12,190 nt of DNA from a virus (lineage: Duplodnaviria > Heunggongvirae > Uroviricota > Caudoviricetes), in the IMG/VR virus record IMGVR_UViG_3300022661_000085, positions 1 through 12,190 of that record, one strand, 5' to 3'. A program made the translations under genes and the position numbers. Below the pieces are notes generated by a model. That model was not told the DNA's origin, did no database searches, and was given only the letters and a program-made list of their open reading frames with translations. The number at the start of each line of letters is the position of its first letter. The first letter of the stretch is position 1. This document shows, in pieces, positions 7,348 to 12,190 of this stretch.

Positions 7348-10300
7348 TTAGATTTCTCCTTTAAGTTCCTTTATTTCTTTTTCAAGTTCGGCAACTCGTG
7401 CCTTTAGTTTTTGGATTTGCAAAGTATTTATAGCGATAAATTCCTCGTAACGCAATCCATATGTTTTATCTTCATCGGATCCGATGCATACTCCGGCAAA
7501 ATCTTGTAAGCTAATACCGGCTCTAAGTAGGCTTTGCTCAACGTCCTGAGCGATAAAACCAACGTGCCGCCTGTTACTGTCCGCCTTTTCATAGATGAAA
7601 GAAACAGGTTCCAGCCCATCAAAAAACTCTTCATAAGATTCCGAAAGTGGTTCTACGCTGTGTTTTTGTCGTGCGTCACTGGTAGTGATTGAGGCAGTAT
7701 ACGCTCTAACACTACGCCAAACGTGAGTATCATCGCCCAAAAGATATCCAGACGAAGAAGTTGCGGAAGTATTCGGGCAAAAGCTTCCAAGAGAGTATAA
7801 AATATTGTTTGTTGCACTGATGTTAACCGAACTAAAAGCGACGCTGCTGCCATAAGAACTTTTATCGATAGAAACACCCTTAACAACAAACTTTTGCGTG
7901 CTGTTTTTTCTTATATGAACCTGCTCAAATTTTATACTTCCCGAATTGCTTCCCTTTGGGATATCATATGAGAGTTCTTTCTCGTAAGTAGTTTTGTCAA
8001 CCCACCCATTGAGTAATGTCCATTCTTGAATAGCATACTTGAGATAGAATGTCACGTGATAAGGTACAAGAAGAACTCCGCTGTTGCTTATACCATAATT
8101 GCAAGTTACGCTACAAGCGAATCCTGATCCAACATATTCATCTTCATCTTGTTCACTGCCGACAAAATTATTGAGGGTTATAGTTTGCGTTACAGTTTCG
8201 CTTGCCGTATTTGCTTTGAATCTTATACCCGCGCCACCAATGTTTTTTATTTCGAAATCTCTATTTCCAGAGGTAGCTATGTAAGATACGGTGTCCTCGT
8301 TATATATAGTAACGTCGTTAGCCAAATTAAATATTGCCTGCGTTGGGAAAAAGATGGACTGCGCGTTAAGCTTAATATACTCACTCTCAAGTCCATCACC
8401 AGTAATTTGAAACGCTCCAATATTACCATCTATTGCGTTAATGGTGCCTTCGATATTAGCACCAGTCGCAGTCAATATGCCGTCAGCATCAACTGTGAAA
8501 TTCGGGAATACTATATATGGCGAAGCGCTCAAATCAATCTTTGCGCCCGATGTGCAGGTAAATCCAGTTACCTTATACCCACCCCAAGCAATCACAGCCG
8601 ATAATTCCGTCGGATACAATCCGTTCATAGTGTTGAAAAGAATTGCTGATGTAGTCAACACGCATTCATAAGTTACCACATTACCCGAAAATGTAACTAC
8701 GGCATTAGTAAAATTGCCACTGGTTATATGACCGTTGTATTTATATCTAACTTGGCTTATAGCTGCGTCGGTCAATTGGTCTGCTGAATCAACCGTAAAT
8801 GTCCCTCTCATGATGTAGCTGAAGTGTCCAGTGGTACCCTCGGAAGGTCGAAGGATTTGAGTAGGGTTTTTAGGTGTGTCAACAACGTTGCCAGACACGC
8901 TTTCTCTTTTTTCATCAGCATCAAAACCAGCAGATTGAATTACGCCACCTGTAATCGTTATATTGCTGCAGGTAACGTTTCCATCTTCGTCAATTTCAAA
9001 TGTGTTATTGTTGCTTATCAGGCTTCTTACAGAAATATTTCCGTAAAAGTAGGCGTCTCCCGTTACATTTGCTTGAAAAACAGTTGCTTTGCTCTGACTA
9101 TTTTTTATCGTTATGCCGTTTTGATCGAGGGTAATATATCCGCCTTCGTTGGAAATTTTTAACTGATTGCCCAGCATCAAAGAACCAACTATTACTTCCG
9201 CTAATAATCCGTATGCTTGCTTCTCGATGGGGTTCCCATCACCATCATAGTCGGTATATGCAACCTTACCAAGAGCCGTTTTAACAGTTTGCCAACTGTC
9301 ATCCGTAAAGAGGATAACGTTATTTATCATACGCACCTGTTCTTTTTCAAATAAATCCTCAGCCTTGCGCCTTCTTCCAAGAATGCCCGTATTGTCAATA
9401 ACAAATTCTTGGTTGCTCATATTTTTCTCTGCAAGACGCAATGTTTTATCAAGGGGGTTAAGTAACAGTTCTTGGATGGAATTCTTATGCGTGCTGTAAT
9501 CCATAAGTTCATTCCAATTAGAGATGACATTTTTAGATGTATTTGAAGCCGATGTTATTAAATCGGCAAAAGTATAACCCCAGTCATTCAATTTAAGAGC
9601 ATTTGAAAAAACAAGTTCAAAAGTATCGTCGCCGTTTTCCAAGCTAAATCTCATCTGTGTCAATGCGGGATAATAATATACGTCCTTCGTTTTCTCAATA
9701 GTAATTACCTTGCCCAATGCAAGTTCATACATAAATTGACGGAAGGCATATATTTTGATGAATTTTATAGAATTCACACTAATGGAAAATCGAGGCTGGC
9801 AGACACGAGCAATCTCTTTTTCGCCACAAGCAAGAAGCTCTCTCGCCAAGTCAATTGCTTCCTCTGGCTTGGTACTATCTAAAACAGCAAGTGTGTCATT
9901 GTTATAATCTCCCTCTATCCAATAGTGGCGTAATTCTGATAATAGGGCTGGGGTATCTTTGAAATAACTCAAAATATTGGCTTCTTCGGCAATCGCTTGC
10001 ATATCTACGGCAATTTCATTTGCGTTTGCCTCATACTCATCAACGAGCGCTTGTTGTTCGTCATCAAGTTTTCCCCAAGCAGTTAGCCATCTGGACACAT
10101 CGGAATAAGTGCTATATCTTTCAATTGCCGCGACATGCTGAATCTCTTCGCCTGTAGTTTGATCAACCTTACTACCACGGACAACCTTACAGTATGTTTT
10201 CAAGTCGCTATCTATAAAGTAAATGTCTTTTTCGTCAGCCCAATCTGTTAAAACGCCAGCCAAGGTATTCGTCACCCCTGAACTAATTGCGAAAGTTCCA

Positions 10301-11697
10301 CTGCTTAATGTTGGTTGAGTGGTTGAAAACTGCCAAACGTCCCCGGGCTTTGGATGTGATGTAGCATAGAACGTACTCTCGTCTAAACTTTTGCGAATAC
10401 TATATAGCTTCCAGTCATTGTTATTTATCTTCGTCTTGTCGGGAACAGACACGTTTTTACTTTTAAGAGATTTATAGGTTTCTCCGTCATACATTACAAC
10501 GTCACCTATATCATACCCTTCGTCAGTAGGAGGTTGTTCCCAATCATATATTACATCAAAAGATTCGGCTAAAAAGATAGCATCATCTTGTACCGTTTTA
10601 AGAGCATATTGGTCTCTGACAGTTTCTAAGTCTTGAACCTTTTTTCTGGTGTATGCAGTTTCAGAAGATGCTTCTGTGTGTGCTTCATACGCCTCGCGCA
10701 GATCGGACACGAGGTCAGTGTATTCTGCCTTCTTGCTATCGACAAGAGCCTTCCAAGCTTTAATCTTATCGATAAGTGCTTGCGACATCCAATGATAATT
10801 GATCTCATCCATATAGTAGCTGAAGTCAACAATGTAATTTGTACCCGTTGGGTTTACAGTTCTTATATCAAGATCTGTACCGGAGCAGTTCAGTACGGTA
10901 ACGATATCGTCCGCCTTTTCAGTAGTCTGCAATTCATTCATTACATTATCGAACGAAAGATATATATTTGTCTGCTGCGCAATGTCTTCGACTCTCTTGA
11001 CTTTAATTGCGTGATGCATAAAGTCGAAATCAAAGATTACTTCAAAAGCGTTTTCCACAGAGTTGACCATAAAGTCATAGGCGTACGTAGCACTGTTCTC
11101 CTTAAAAGCTCTGCAAACATTTTGTTTACTGCCTTTGACATATTTCAAACTGTGGTCAACCCATACGATTGTCCAATCGCCGTAGTCCACGTCGGGTTCG
11201 GATTCGTCTGGCGAAATTGCCACCTTGATGCCCAACTGCTGATAAAGCTGACCGACAACCGAAGGAATTGAATCTTCTTTATCTGAATCATAGTTTACGT
11301 CATAAGGATCGGACTCATCGTAGAATTTGTAAAGTCTTCCTTCGCAGAAAAATCCTTTCTCTTTGAACGCGCACTGATGTGATTGCGCGGTAATGGACAT
11401 ATAGGCGGTTAAGCCATCTTCGTTTTCTACCGCTTGAGTAATCTGGAACCAACCGATTTCATCAATCTTGATAAGTCTTTTGGTCGCCAGACGAGAGTAG
11501 TACGGAAGTTCAAACATCGTTCCGTCTTTACTCTTTTCGTACTTTGGAGCTTCAAACGTAAGCTCCGAGAGGTCATTGAACCTCAACACGAAATTCCTGT
11601 TTCGCGCCTTGATTGCGCTAATGGGTTTCATGTCGGGATTGTGAAGATACAGGATTGGATCCTTAATCTTCTTATAGTGATCAAACAAGAATTCCAT
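7348..11697 (-). CDS. Tal / tail hub (prophage tail endopeptidase-like) protein with fibre extension and C-terminal intramolecular chaperone, 1449 aa
   Basis: Directly after Dit, with RBS AAAGGAGGAA. The N-terminus resembles minor structural/tail-hub proteins (RFNDLSELTF, GWFQI..SITAQS, FDF). Also NQEFVIDNTGILGR..EQVRMINNVILFTDDSWQTVKTALG, repeated F.(I/V)D.DG..T motifs and a C-terminal SDARQK chaperone. Confidence 0.88.
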   Translation of the reverse strand: MEFLFDHYKKIKDPILYLHNPDMKPISAIKARNRNFVLRFNDLSELTFEAPKYEKSKDGTMFELPYYSRLATKRLIKIDEIGWFQITQAVENEDGLTAYMSITAQSHQCAFKEKGFFCEGRLYKFYDESDPYDVNYDSDKEDSIPSVVGQLYQQLGIKVAISPDESEPDVDYGDWTIVWVDHSLKYVKGSKQNVCRAFKENSATYAYDFMVNSVENAFEVIFDFDFMHHAIKVKRVEDIAQQTNIYLSFDNVMNELQTTEKADDIVTVLNCSGTDLDIRTVNPTGTNYIVDFSYYMDEINYHWMSQALIDKIKAWKALVDSKKAEYTDLVSDLREAYEAHTEASSETAYTRKKVQDLETVRDQYALKTVQDDAIFLAESFDVIYDWEQPPTDEGYDIGDVVMYDGETYKSLKSKNVSVPDKTKINNNDWKLYSIRKSLDESTFYATSHPKPGDVWQFSTTQPTLSSGTFAISSGVTNTLAGVLTDWADEKDIYFIDSDLKTYCKVVRGSKVDQTTGEEIQHVAAIERYSTYSDVSRWLTAWGKLDDEQQALVDEYEANANEIAVDMQAIAEEANILSYFKDTPALLSELRHYWIEGDYNNDTLAVLDSTKPEEAIDLARELLACGEKEIARVCQPRFSISVNSIKFIKIYAFRQFMYELALGKVITIEKTKDVYYYPALTQMRFSLENGDDTFELVFSNALKLNDWGYTFADLITSASNTSKNVISNWNELMDYSTHKNSIQELLLNPLDKTLRLAEKNMSNQEFVIDNTGILGRRRKAEDLFEKEQVRMINNVILFTDDSWQTVKTALGKVAYTDYDGDGNPIEKQAYGLLAEVIVGSLMLGNQLKISNEGGYITLDQNGITIKNSQSKATVFQANVTGDAYFYGNISVRSLISNNNTFEIDEDGNVTCSNITITGGVIQSAGFDADEKRESVSGNVVDTPKNPTQILRPSEGTTGHFSYIMRGTFTVDSADQLTDAAISQVRYKYNGHITSGNFTNAVVTFSGNVVTYECVLTTSAILFNTMNGLYPTELSAVIAWGGYKVTGFTCTSGAKIDLSASPYIVFPNFTVDADGILTATGANIEGTINAIDGNIGAFQITGDGLESEYIKLNAQSIFFPTQAIFNLANDVTIYNEDTVSYIATSGNRDFEIKNIGGAGIRFKANTASETVTQTITLNNFVGSEQDEDEYVGSGFACSVTCNYGISNSGVLLVPYHVTFYLKYAIQEWTLLNGWVDKTTYEKELSYDIPKGSNSGSIKFEQVHIRKNSTQKFVVKGVSIDKSSYGSSVAFSSVNISATNNILYSLGSFCPNTSATSSSGYLLGDDTHVWRSVRAYTASITTSDARQKHSVEPLSESYEEFFDGLEPVSFIYEKADSNRRHVGFIAQDVEQSLLRAGISLQDFAGVCIGSDEDKTYGLRYEEFIAINTLQIQKLKARVAELEKEIKELKGEI
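7351..7680 (-). other. Peptidase_S74 intramolecular chaperone (autocleaving)
   Basis: TSDARQKH..LEPVSFIY..HVGFIAQDVE..GLRYEEFIA..QKLKARVAELE. Ser1340 (7680-7678) and Lys1345 fit the S-D-x-R-x-K dyad; terminal coiled coil. Confidence 0.92.
7862..7878 (+). repeat. 17-nt direct repeat, copy 2 (copy 1 at 2820-2836)
   Basis: Same sequence, inside the Tal coding region. Confidence 0.85.
10402..10542 (-). other. CBM5/12-like (chitin-binding type 3) module in Tal
   Basis: W....EGYDIGDVVMYDGETYKSL..N.SVP......DWKLY matches the Y..GD.V.Y.G..Y....N...P....W pattern. Confidence 0.65.
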
Positions 11698-11710
11698 GTA
11701 TTCCTCCTTT

Positions 11711-12190
11711 TTAGAATCCTATCATAGCATAGGTCGGCACTGTAATCGTCATCGTTCCTTTAAGGGTTATTTGAAGGACATTAACGCCGTGCTGCAACCT
11801 AAGCCAATTTTTATTAAAGAGGGAAAGCCTGTCCCCTCCAATTGTGCTTTCGATTATTTTGAGTTCGTTATCAACCGTGATTGTTTCAGTATTCCTTACT
11901 CCAGTAAACTTGAACTCAGCTTGAACCGCTTCACTCGTATTCAGAATGGTTACATTTCCCTCTTCCGTCATTGTGAAAGTTACGATGGGATAGATGTAAT
12001 CATCTGGGATATCGGAATTGTTGACAATTTTTACGGTCTGCGTCGTGCCAGTTCCTGTCACGGTTATTTTCTTCGGTCTGCCATATGCAAATATGGAGTC
12101 GAATTTTGCCGTTACGGTAAAGCCGTGGCACCTTCCTCTGACATATATTAAATCTGCGCTTGTAAAAACGCAGTTGTAATAATAGTCTTC
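11711..12190 (-). CDS. Distal tail protein (Dit), 5'-truncated by window
   Basis: The frame is open past the track's start (12061) to the edge: EDYYYNCVFTSADLIYVRGRCHGFTVTAKFDSIFAYGRPKKITVTG..YIYP..ITVDNELKII..FNKNWLRLQHGVNVL. The DS.FAY and W.RL..G.N motifs and the position before Tal fit Dit. Confidence 0.85.
   Translation of the reverse strand, partial: EDYYYNCVFTSADLIYVRGRCHGFTVTAKFDSIFAYGRPKKITVTGTGTTQTVKIVNNSDIPDDYIYPIVTFTMTEEGNVTILNTSEAVQAEFKFTGVRNTETITVDNELKIIESTIGGDRLSLFNKNWLRLQHGVNVLQITLKGTMTITVPTYAMIGF

Larger units (their letters stand above)
1..12190 (-). mobile_element. Phage/prophage tail-tip module (siphovirus-type Dit-Tal-accessory-BppU gene order)
   Basis: Four co-oriented structural genes in the usual siphophage order, tightly packed, each visible start with a strong RBS. 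No host or integration genes are visible, so free phage versus prophage cannot be decided. Confidence 0.93.

Noticed and set aside
7348-11697. Peptidoglycan-hydrolase activity of Tal implied by the 'endopeptidase' family name
   Set aside because: I recognised no catalytic NlpC/P60, CHAP, M23 or lysozyme motif. The name reflects only the structural hub family.
7428-12151. Small ORFs overlapping Tal and Dit, including 10633-11271 (+) and 11696-12151 (+)
   Set aside because: Antisense or off-frame shadows of well-supported genes.
1-12190. DGR template repeat/RT, invertase cassette, CRISPR array, tRNA or IS within the window
   Set aside because: I saw no second copy of the WWERSP-encoding sequence, no RT or recombinase ORF, and no regular repeats or RNA-gene signatures. 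Nearly all the window is assigned to four CDSs.

Overview
The window is the tail-tip (adsorption) module of a long-tailed Caudoviricetes phage or prophage, all on the minus strand. Strong AAGGAG(G) Shine-Dalgarno sites and the gene families suggest a Bacillota/Clostridia-type host (inference). In transcription order: the 3' part of a distal tail protein (Dit; 12190->11711); a 1449-aa Tal/tail-hub protein with a CBM5/12-like insert and a C-terminal Peptidase_S74 autocleaving chaperone (11697->7348); a 119-aa DUF1617-like protein (7346->6987); a ~170-nt intergenic control region; and a giant ORF that the supplied track omits (ATG at 6814, no stop before the window edge, >=2271 codons). Manual translation of the giant ORF suggests BppU anchor - coiled coil - Gly8 hinge - beta-sandwich domains - LamG-like - CotH-like kinase with apparently intact catalytic motifs - LRRs - two InlB-B repeats - a DUF6273-type domain split by a second LamG-like domain. 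It runs off the edge at WWERSPNASNS, a context typical of diversity-generating retroelement (DGR) variable regions. No RT or template repeat is inside the window. Other signals: GGCC, GGWCC and CCWGG were not found, there is a GC shift between Tal and the giant gene, and a 17-nt in-frame direct repeat is shared by the two. All domain calls are motif recognition by eye, not database searches.
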